The notes beneath the pieces are model-generated. The model was not told where the DNA came from. It did not search any database and was given only the letters and a program-made list of their open reading frames with translations. Both the position numbers and the translations under genes were made by a program. 18,079 bases of DNA. Source: Chlamydiae bacterium RIFCSPHIGHO2_12_FULL_49_11 (GTDB lineage: Bacteria; Chlamydiota; Chlamydiia; Chlamydiales; 2-12-FULL-49-11). Location of the stretch: the NCBI GenBank assembly GCA_001794905.1, contig MGLW01000020.1, positions 1-18,079 of the forward strand. Direction: 5' to 3'. Position 1 is the first letter of the stretch. Each line of letters begins with the position of its first letter. Of the stretch, positions 1 through 7,344 are shown in pieces.

Positions 1-1
1 A

Positions 2-334
2 GATCCGAAATGCCGCACCCGTTACACGGTCAGTACCAGCGAAGGAAAAGAGGCCATTTCCACCTTCATCGTGCTCTGTAAAACAGGCTCCGTTTCCCTG
101 GTGCAAATTGAGCCCGCCACCGGCCGGACGCACCAGATCAGGGTTCAGCTCTCCCACCTCAAAGCACCCGTTTACGGAGATAAACTTTATTCTAAAATGA
201 AGGTGCCGCCACGCCACATGCTTCACGCTACCCGCCTCAACCTTATCCACCCCATTACACAAATGCCGCTGGAGCTCTCCGCCCCAATCCCGGCCGATTT
301 CGCTGCCGTTCTAAAAAGAGAAAATCTTAGGTAA
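2..334 (+). CDS. RluA-family RNA pseudouridine synthase, 3' part (5' end outside window)
   Basis: The frame is open from base 2 (DPKCRTRYTVSTSEGKEAISTF...). C-terminal RluA motifs are present: TGRTHQIRV, PVYGDKLY, MLHA. Confidence 0.9.
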   Translation, partial: DPKCRTRYTVSTSEGKEAISTFIVLCKTGSVSLVQIEPATGRTHQIRVQLSHLKAPVYGDKLYSKMKVPPRHMLHATRLNLIHPITQMPLELSAPIPADFAAVLKRENLR

Positions 335-385
335 AAAACAGTTTGATGTGTACAATAGGTCCACCGTAAACCCAAGGAACGAACT

Positions 386-652
386 ATGAAAGATTTTGTA
401 GCTTACATTGTAAAAAATCTGGTTGACAATCCGGACGATGTTGAAATCAATGAAATCGGCGGAACTCAAACCCTAATCATTGAACTGAAAGTCAAAAAAG
501 AGGACATCGGTAAAATCATCGGTAAACGTGGGAAGACAATCAATGCTATCCGCACATTACTCATGTCGGTAGCAAGTCGTAACGGTCTTCGTGTCAATCT
601 CGAAATCCTCGAGGAAGGCGAAGTGTCGAAACGCGTACAACAAGAACAATAA
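386..652 (+). CDS. khpA: KH-domain RNA-binding protein (KhpA/UPF0109 type)
   Basis: 88 aa with LVDNPDDV and DIGKIIGKRGKTINAIRTLL (KH GxxG loop). AAGGA Shine-Dalgarno-like sequence upstream. Confidence 0.88.
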   Translation: MKDFVAYIVKNLVDNPDDVEINEIGGTQTLIIELKVKKEDIGKIIGKRGKTINAIRTLLMSVASRNGLRVNLEILEEGEVSKRVQQEQ

Positions 653-667
653 TCGCGTGCAAAGTGT

Positions 668-691
668 TCGGAGGGATATAACTCCCTCCGA
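668..691. terminator. Hairpin between convergent khpA and DHH-protein genes, probable (bidirectional) terminator
   Basis: Perfect 9-bp inverted repeat TCGGAGGGA-tataac-TCCCTCCGA in the 47-nt convergent gap. The U-tracts are weak. Confidence 0.6.
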
Positions 692-699
692 CGTACATA

Positions 700-3300
700 T
701 TATAAATTTGTCGCTATATCCGTTTTGCGTGAATTGAGAGATCCAGGCTTCACGTGAATGATCGCCATTGTCGGATTCAGGGGCTCTTTCATATACACGA
801 TCCGCTTTGCAAAAGAGTCGTGGAAAGCTTTTTCCATCATTTCTACTGCCTCTTCTGAAAGCGCTACCGTGATCTTTTGTCCGGCCACCTTGGGCGACCT
901 GTCGAGAGAACGGATGAACCCTTTCATTTCATTCAGAGCAAGGGCATCGCCTTCGGGAATCCAGATCCAAAGTTCGTCCCGATAATTCAGACTTGTATGA
1001 GAGTTCTGATATAGTTCTTCTGCTGAAGGCAAAGAGCTACGCATGAAGAGGAAGAGGCGGATTTCGGGATCGATCTTGTGTTCCTGTTTGCACCGTTCGA
1101 TCCATATGGAGTGCAGCTTTTGTTGCTGTTCAATCAGCTTCGGGACATTGCCCGGAAAATGTTTAAACTGGGCAACGGCCGCATATCCTCCCCCCAAAAT
1201 TTTCGTATCCTGAAAGAAAGTATCGACATCGTTCCCGCGCAGAGTATTTTCGATGAGCTCGTGGAGCACTTCTTCCTTTTTTTCCTGAATGTGCTTGTAC
1301 AACGAATACAAATCGTAGGTGCAAAGAAGCTTTTTTGCCGCTTCTTTTGCAAAATCCTCATTCTGCTCTACATCATCGAAGTGGACCACTTCGACTTCTT
1401 TGGAGAGAAGAAGGCTTTTCATACGGTTGATGAGCTCGCGAACACATTCTACATCGCGCGAGGTGACCTTGGTCAGAAGATCGGTATCGTCTAAAATCGC
1501 AATCAGGATTTGATAATATTCGAGAAATTCACGCTCGGGCGAGATAAAATAGCGCTCATCGGTGTAATATGCCTGCTTGCGGATCACAAGCCTTTCCATG
1601 ATACGGAGGTAAGTCGGCACCTCATACGTTTCGGCAGCTGTAGCTAATTCATGATCGATGTGTTCCAGGACCATATGGTGCTTCTGGATTTTATCGTTGA
1701 AAGGGAACAGAAGCTGTGCCACGAGAACATTGACCGACTGCACATCCTGCACATGAATCATCGCGGGAGCCTCCGTCTTGATTTCGGTCTTGTGGTGGTC
1801 GATCACGCTGATCACCTCGGCATAGGGAGGAATATTTGTCTCGGTAAAATTTGAGAAATCACGCAAGCTGACGGCGGCAAGCGGTTTTTGCTTGAGGTGG
1901 GACCGGAAAATCACGCCGAGAGGGTAGAGATGTTCTTGTTCTTTGTACACCACGGTCACAAACTGGCTTTCTCCCATTTTGGAATGGATTTCATCAAAAT
2001 CGGCAAGGTGACTCACAAAAACCGGCTCGCTCCGGAGCACCCGTTTTTTGATCCGGATTGCGATGTCAAGCGAATCAATGTAGGCGCGAAACTTGCGGAA
2101 AGCTTCGGTTTGTAAAAAAATCACACTCGAGAGGGCCTTAAAAATGGTGGTGCGGTCGGAAACCAGCGTGCCGCTGCGGAAAAGATGATCGGCGCTCCGC
2201 AGGGCCCGCACCGCCTCAAGCACGCGATCAAACGACGAATGACCGGGATCGACTTCAAAAAATTCGGAAAGGGTTGAGCGGGTCCCTTTCGGAGCCGCAA
2301 GAACCTCTTGGATAAACTCGTTCATCTCCTCTTGCTGGCGAGGGCTAAGCTCACGGAAAAGGTTGCTTCCGGCAAAAGTCATATTGAGTTTTTGGTCGAT
2401 GAACTCGTGCAAGTCTTTTCGTTCCACCTTCTCCTCGGAAAAAAGAATCATGAAATCGCGGTGGAAAGCGTTTTCAAATTCGGAAAAAATAGCAAAGAAC
2501 CGGTTGATGATCGTACGCACCACGTCCACGTCCCGCAGTTTCCAGTCGGAAATAAACCTTCCTCCCTTATCGACAACAATGACCGCTTCACTCTCTTCTC
2601 CGTGATGGATGCCATATGAGGGCTCATTCAGCCCTTTTTTGACAACCTGTGTCGAAACAAGGTCGAGGGAAGTGAGAAAATAGCTTTTCGAAGTGGTTGC
2701 CAGGGTAGCAAAAACATGTTCGGAAAGGGGATCGTAAAACGCAAGTCCCGTTTCAACAGTCTTGGGCGGTCCCCCCGGAACGACCCAGTGGTTCCGGTTT
2801 TTCCCCACTCTTGACCCAAACGAATCGAGAAATCCAATCCAGGAAGCAACGGTGGTATCAATGTCGGGCGATAGGTGGGCTACGGCAAAGTGGGCCGCAC
2901 TTTTTTCTTCTTCCTTCTTGATCGGAAAAAACAGCTCGTAGGTACTATCAGGCACAAATTTTCCGACGATCTTGCCACGCACTTCTTTTTCCGTTGCTTC
3001 GTCAATTCCGGTTTGGGAGGAGAGCCAAAACTCGAAACTGGACAAGTGGTAGGTGGGTAAAATAAAATCGCGCACCCGAGCAATAAAATGGACGACGTGC
3101 GGCATCAGAAAACATGGCTTCTCACTTTCAGAGATCGCCTCAAGCAGGATACCGTTTATATGTTCGTGCTTTTCCTGAATCGAAAGCTTGGGAGAGACCT
3201 TTTCTAGCTTCTTTAATGTAGCCGAGGAAAAGCGGACGGGGCGAAATTGTACGTCCGAAATCCACTCCCCGGAAAACTCAATGAAAGATTCGTGCTTCAT
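700..3300 (-). CDS. Large DHH/DHHA2-family phosphoesterase resembling family II Mn-dependent inorganic pyrophosphatase, with N-terminal extension and CBS-like regulatory insert
   Basis: PpaC-like motifs appear in the correct order: AHLSPDID (aa141-148), LRDFSN (DHNE position, D481), AEVISVIDHH (D501-H503), AILDDT (D605), QDTK (K700), and C-terminal PGSLNSRKT (R858/K859). Confidence 0.75.
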   Translation of the reverse strand: MKHESFIEFSGEWISDVQFRPVRFSSATLKKLEKVSPKLSIQEKHEHINGILLEAISESEKPCFLMPHVVHFIARVRDFILPTYHLSSFEFWLSSQTGIDEATEKEVRGKIVGKFVPDSTYELFFPIKKEEEKSAAHFAVAHLSPDIDTTVASWIGFLDSFGSRVGKNRNHWVVPGGPPKTVETGLAFYDPLSEHVFATLATTSKSYFLTSLDLVSTQVVKKGLNEPSYGIHHGEESEAVIVVDKGGRFISDWKLRDVDVVRTIINRFFAIFSEFENAFHRDFMILFSEEKVERKDLHEFIDQKLNMTFAGSNLFRELSPRQQEEMNEFIQEVLAAPKGTRSTLSEFFEVDPGHSSFDRVLEAVRALRSADHLFRSGTLVSDRTTIFKALSSVIFLQTEAFRKFRAYIDSLDIAIRIKKRVLRSEPVFVSHLADFDEIHSKMGESQFVTVVYKEQEHLYPLGVIFRSHLKQKPLAAVSLRDFSNFTETNIPPYAEVISVIDHHKTEIKTEAPAMIHVQDVQSVNVLVAQLLFPFNDKIQKHHMVLEHIDHELATAAETYEVPTYLRIMERLVIRKQAYYTDERYFISPEREFLEYYQILIAILDDTDLLTKVTSRDVECVRELINRMKSLLLSKEVEVVHFDDVEQNEDFAKEAAKKLLCTYDLYSLYKHIQEKKEEVLHELIENTLRGNDVDTFFQDTKILGGGYAAVAQFKHFPGNVPKLIEQQQKLHSIWIERCKQEHKIDPEIRLFLFMRSSLPSAEELYQNSHTSLNYRDELWIWIPEGDALALNEMKGFIRSLDRSPKVAGQKITVALSEEAVEMMEKAFHDSFAKRIVYMKEPLNPTMAIIHVKPGSLNSRKTDIATNL

Positions 3301-3316
3301 CCCTTTCTCAAAATTG

Positions 3317-3389
3317 CGGATTGGGTAGGAATCGAACCTACGACCGCCCGCTTAGAAGGCGGGTGCTCTATCCGCTGAGCTACCAATCC
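3317..3389 (-). tRNA. tRNA-Arg(TCT)
   Basis: 73-nt cloverleaf: acceptor GGATTGG/CCAATCC, D-arm GCTC..GAGC, anticodon arm CCCGC-CTTCTAA-GCGGG, T-arm GTAGG-TTCGATT-CCTAC, discriminator G. CCA is not encoded. Confidence 0.96.
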
Positions 3390-3411
3390 ATTTGACCGCT
3401 AGTCTTGCGTT

Positions 3412-3440
3412 ATGCTACCATAATCGTGTAAAAGAAGCAA
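3412..3440 (-). promoter_or_regulatory. Putative sigma70/sigma66-type promoter for tRNA-Arg
   Basis: Minus strand TTGCTT-17 nt-TAGCAT with TGn immediately before the -10, lying 22 nt upstream of the mature tRNA 5' end. Confidence 0.5.
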
Positions 3441-3445
3441 AAAAA

Positions 3446-4090
3446 ATGCGTGTGATGATCATCGGTGCAGAAGGAAAACTCGGATCAAGACTCCGGGCAG
3501 CTTTAGAAAAAAGGCCCGAAATCTGCGAGGTAATCCCGATCACTCATACTCCCGACCGCGTTAAAACAGTTTCCGCCCTGATCGCAAACATCGATGCGGG
3601 GATCGACGTGTCCAAAAAAGGGGGAATTTTCGAGTACCTTGACCTTTTTTGTACCTTCAAGAAACCTCTGGTCATCGCGTCCACCGGTTTTTCTCCGGAG
3701 GAGACCCATAAACTCGAACAGGCAGGCCACCTAATCCCTCTTGTCCGATCGGCCAATTTTTCACAGGGAATCACCTATTTCCGCACTCTCCTTCCCTCCC
3801 TTGCCCGCCTTCCGGTCCGGAAAGTAGTCCTCTCCGAATCTCATGCCGACACCAAAATCGACACTCCTTCGGGAACCTTGCTCGAACTGCATCGAGCCTT
3901 TCCTCATGCGGAAGTTGTTGTTTTCCGCACTCCCCATTTTACCGCCGAGCACACCATCACGCTTCACCTGGGAAACGAAACGGTCACCCTCAAACACGAG
4001 GCCCACTCTCGAGATGCTTTTGTCGACGGGATCGTAGAGGCCCTCTTTTCCATTTGCAATAATCACTCTCGGACATACAATTGTCCATGA
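3446..4090 (+). CDS. dapB: 4-hydroxy-tetrahydrodipicolinate reductase (DapB)-like, short divergent form
   Basis: Rossmann start MRVMIIGAEGKLG, PLVIASTGFS, SANFSQG, ESHADTKIDTPSGT (canonical ExHHxxKxDAPSGTA), and ETVTLKHEAHSRDAFVDG. ATG 3446 was chosen because the Rossmann strand begins there. Confidence 0.8.
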   Translation: MRVMIIGAEGKLGSRLRAALEKRPEICEVIPITHTPDRVKTVSALIANIDAGIDVSKKGGIFEYLDLFCTFKKPLVIASTGFSPEETHKLEQAGHLIPLVRSANFSQGITYFRTLLPSLARLPVRKVVLSESHADTKIDTPSGTLLELHRAFPHAEVVVFRTPHFTAEHTITLHLGNETVTLKHEAHSRDAFVDGIVEALFSICNNHSRTYNCP

Positions 4091-4893
4091 TGAAACCGTT
4101 AAAATTCATTTTAGGGCCGTGCATGATGGAATCGGCCGATCTTGTAATGGAAGTATGCAAAACGCTCGCTCCCCTTTCAAGCCGTTTCCCGTTCATCTTC
4201 AAATCGAGCTTCGACAAAGCCAATCGCACTTCCCTCGGTTCCAAACGCGGAATCTCGATCCGGCAAGGGTTAGAACTTTTCAAGCGGGTAAAGGCAGAAT
4301 TCGGATTTGCAGTCACGACCGACATCCATCTTCCCGATCAAGCCGATATGGTTGCTGAAGTAGTTGACCTGATCCAGATCCCCGCTTTTCTCTGCCGTCA
4401 AACCGACCTCATCCTGGCCGCTGCAACTACAGGTCTTCCCGTGCACGTGAAAAAAGGACAGTTTGTCGCTCCAGAAGACATGGCCCATACGGTGGAAAAA
4501 ATCCGCTCCGTGAGCGATGCCGAAATCATTCTGACCGAACGGGGCACCTGTTTTGGATACAACAGACTTGTTGTAGACATGCGTTCGTTTCCGATCCTTC
4601 GCCGTACGGGAGCAAGCATCGGATTCGATGCCACACATTCGGTCCAACTGCCGGCCGCAGCAGGCGGCACCTCTTCGGGCGAGCGATGGGCCATTCCCAC
4701 TCTGGCCAAAGCTGCGATTGCCGCCGGCATCGATTACTTGTTCATGGAAATCCACCCCGATCCGAAGCATGCCCTCAGCGATGCCGACACCCAAATTCCC
4801 CTGGAACGGGTGGAAGAATTCCTCTCCCTTTTTTCACAACTTCATGAGGCCGTATGCCAGCTTCCCCGTACCGAACCTCTTCTCGTATCATAA
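4087..4893 (+). CDS. kdsA: KDO8P synthase (3-deoxy-8-phosphooctulonate synthase), metal-dependent type
   Basis: GPC (metal-ligand Cys), FKSSFDKANRTS, QIPAFLCRQTDL, VKKGQF, ERG, FDATHSVQLP. ATGA overlap with the dapB stop. Confidence 0.95.
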   Translation: MMKPLKFILGPCMMESADLVMEVCKTLAPLSSRFPFIFKSSFDKANRTSLGSKRGISIRQGLELFKRVKAEFGFAVTTDIHLPDQADMVAEVVDLIQIPAFLCRQTDLILAAATTGLPVHVKKGQFVAPEDMAHTVEKIRSVSDAEIILTERGTCFGYNRLVVDMRSFPILRRTGASIGFDATHSVQLPAAAGGTSSGERWAIPTLAKAAIAAGIDYLFMEIHPDPKHALSDADTQIPLERVEEFLSLFSQLHEAVCQLPRTEPLLVS

Positions 4894-5357
4894 ACGGAGG
4901 TTTTGTCCTCCTTGCCCTTCTTGCCGCCTTCGGAATCGGTATGAATCCTGCTTTCATGAAACTGAGGCCCCGACTCGAGCGTGTTAGACAAGGGAGCGGC
5001 GGCCTCTCTTTGCCTCAAATTCGGTATGAAGAGCTCACACTCACTGTGAATAGACCGGGCACACAAGAAACCATGGTTTGCCGTCTTCGCGACGTGACCG
5101 AATCAATTTTTCGTACGCACCTGGAACGTACGGCCGCCGGCGGCATCATTGAACTGGACCGCGAGGGCCGCCATGCCGAAATCGTCTCCCAAAAACTCAC
5201 CATCGATTCGCGCGGCCCCCGTATCGATTGCTATGAACCCCTCATCACAACCGATCATGCAGCAAATTTCAAACTTGATCGTTTCATTCTAAATCTAGAT
5301 CGTTCAAACTGGGAAATAACCGGAACCAATGTGGAGGGATCTCTTGAAAACCGTTAG
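4854..5357 (+). CDS. Single-TM periplasmic protein, probable LptC-like
   Basis: N-terminal hydrophobic anchor (GGFVLLALLAAFGIG) followed by a beta-rich domain. It lies between kdsA and lptB. The LptC call comes from position and topology only. Confidence 0.5.
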   Translation: MPASPYRTSSRIINGGFVLLALLAAFGIGMNPAFMKLRPRLERVRQGSGGLSLPQIRYEELTLTVNRPGTQETMVCRLRDVTESIFRTHLERTAAGGIIELDREGRHAEIVSQKLTIDSRGPRIDCYEPLITTDHAANFKLDRFILNLDRSNWEITGTNVEGSLENR

Positions 5358-6564
5358 CTGTCTTCTTGCCTTGTCTGCAACTCTGCATGCACTGCATTTT
5401 TCCGCCGACACGTTCAAAATGGAGAATGACAATCTGTTTTTGACAGGCCATGTCCATGTCGACGACGGCGCCCTTGTGATGAACACCGAAGAGGCCATCC
5501 TCCATCACACGAAGAAAGACATCGACAGCCTCACTATCACTTCTCCCGTGCAAATCACTTTGGGAAACGTCTGGCGCATCTCGGCCGCCGAGCTGCACCT
5601 CGACGCTGCGCGCCATCTTCTCGAAGCAAAAAAATGCACCCTCTCTTTCCTGCAGGATGAAGAATCTTCCCTTTCGATCGAAGAATGCACCATCGTCTAT
5701 GAGAGCCCTGAAGATCCCTATTCTTTTCGCTTTGAAAATGCCACCAACGTGCATGGCAAATTTCAAAACCTGGAGCTTGCGGCCGATAGGGGCGCCGTAA
5801 GTTACAGTGCCGCAAACACTCCCTCTTGGATTTTCACATCACAAGACATATTTCTTATCACCTCGGGCGACTTTGCATTGACCTCAAAGCAAATTGACGT
5901 GCAGGCCGATTTTACCAGAGCCGCTTTTCACCGCGTGAATTTTTTTCTTCGAAGCAATATCGAAGTGGAAATGGACAAGGCCGACATTGAGCTCGAAACA
6001 AAAGAACTGGAAGCAAACGGAGCCCTCTTTACCATCGAGGGTGAAACCGCCTGTTTTGAGGGGACTATCCGTTTTCAACTAGATACAAAACGTGGTGTGG
6101 GGGACGGTCTTTTTTCCTACAATACGAACAATCTTGCCTACAATGCTCTGGGCAGTTTATGGATCGATGTAGAAACGGGAAAAATCACGAGCGTGCCCGT
6201 CAAACTTTTTGCGGCACATGTCGACGATTTTGATTTCTCCGCCCGCAAATTTTCCATTTACGACGGACCTACTTTTGTCTTCGAAAACGAGGCCAAATTG
6301 CAACGTAACGGATCGGAAGCCATATTTGACTCAATCACCTTCATACCCAAGACAAAGCAATTTCACTTCCGGCAAAGAAATGCCTACACCCCTTTTACCA
6401 TTGTGTCAAAAAACCGGGAAATTGCCATGAAAGCGGGCGACCTTAGCCTGGATACCTCCGGATCCGATCTGGATATCCGGGTGGGAGACACACTAGAAAT
6501 CGACATCGATGAAGCGGTCTTGCAAGAAAAGGACATCTCCGAATGTTTCAGAAACCTATTTTAG
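5329..6564 (+). CDS. Exported beta-rich protein, probable LptA/OstA-like beta-jellyroll (extended, 411 aa)
   Basis: Signal-peptide-like N-terminus (LLALSATLHA), OstA-like start FSADTFKMENDNLFLTGHVHV, amphipathic beta pattern throughout, and position directly before lptB. Confidence 0.5.
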   Translation: MWRDLLKTVSCLLALSATLHALHFSADTFKMENDNLFLTGHVHVDDGALVMNTEEAILHHTKKDIDSLTITSPVQITLGNVWRISAAELHLDAARHLLEAKKCTLSFLQDEESSLSIEECTIVYESPEDPYSFRFENATNVHGKFQNLELAADRGAVSYSAANTPSWIFTSQDIFLITSGDFALTSKQIDVQADFTRAAFHRVNFFLRSNIEVEMDKADIELETKELEANGALFTIEGETACFEGTIRFQLDTKRGVGDGLFSYNTNNLAYNALGSLWIDVETGKITSVPVKLFAAHVDDFDFSARKFSIYDGPTFVFENEAKLQRNGSEAIFDSITFIPKTKQFHFRQRNAYTPFTIVSKNREIAMKAGDLSLDTSGSDLDIRVGDTLEIDIDEAVLQEKDISECFRNLF

Positions 6565-7274
6565 AAACAAAAGGTTTGTGCAAGCGTTTTGGAAAACGGC
6601 TTGTCGCCCGTGATGTCTCTTTTTCCATTTTACCCGGAGAAATCGTCGGCCTTCTCGGACATAACGGAGCCGGAAAAACGACCGTTTTTTCCATGCTGAT
6701 TGGACTGCAAGCTCCGACCGCGGGAGAAATCTTTTTTCGAGGAGAAAACATCACCCGCACCCCCATTTATGAGAGAGCCCTTCGCGGTATGGGCTATCTT
6801 GCACAAGAACCGACCGTATTTCGCATGCTCACCGTCCGCGAGAACCTCCAATGTGCCCTCGATGCGCAAAAACTCCCTAAGGAGAAAGGGTTTCTGCTCG
6901 TGAACGAAATGCTGGAAGAGATGAACCTGACCGCTTTTCAGGGTCAAAAAGCCCATACCTTGTCGGGCGGCGAAAAAAGGCGCGTGGAAATTGCCCGTTC
7001 GCTTCTCACAAATCCTTCCGTTCTTCTTCTCGACGAACCGTTTGCCAACATTGACCCGATCACCATCAGTGAATTAAAGACTCTTCTCTTCAAACTTAAA
7101 GAGCGCGGAATCGCCATCGTCATCACTGACCACAATGCCCGCGAAATCCTTTCCCTGGTCGATAAGAGCATCATTCTCAATCACGGAATGGTTCTTTTCA
7201 TCGGAAGTCGCATGGAAACTCTTGCCAGTAAGGAAGTCCGCACTGCCTACCTCGGCACCGACTTCACCCTCTGA
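6543..7274 (+). CDS. lptB: LPS export ABC transporter ATP-binding protein LptB
   Basis: Walker A GHNGAGKTT, Q-loop GYLAQEPTVFR, LptB-type signature LSGGEKRRVEIAR, Walker B LLLDEPF, ITDHNARE, and C-terminal VRTAYLG. Confidence 0.93.
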   Translation: MFQKPILETKGLCKRFGKRLVARDVSFSILPGEIVGLLGHNGAGKTTVFSMLIGLQAPTAGEIFFRGENITRTPIYERALRGMGYLAQEPTVFRMLTVRENLQCALDAQKLPKEKGFLLVNEMLEEMNLTAFQGQKAHTLSGGEKRRVEIARSLLTNPSVLLLDEPFANIDPITISELKTLLFKLKERGIAIVITDHNAREILSLVDKSIILNHGMVLFIGSRMETLASKEVRTAYLGTDFTL

Positions 7275-7309
7275 GGGAAGCGATGACACGCCCTAGTAAA
7301 TTTTTTGTT

Positions 7310-7338
7310 TTGATTTGGCGGAATGTTTGCGGTAAGAT
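7310..7338 (+). promoter_or_regulatory. Putative sigma70/sigma66 promoter for ftsK
   Basis: TTGATT (7310-7315)-17 nt-TAAGAT (7333-7338), with a T-rich tract upstream. Confidence 0.6.
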
Positions 7339-7344
7339 GAACAT

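Noticed and set aside
653-3389. Possible integrated element at the tRNA-Arg 3' end
   Set aside because: No integrase, no duplicated tRNA 3' end seen, and no obvious compositional shift.
3392-3445. 18-codon N-terminal extension of dapB in the ORF track
   Set aside because: It overlaps the divergent promoter region, and the Rossmann fold starts at ATG 3446.
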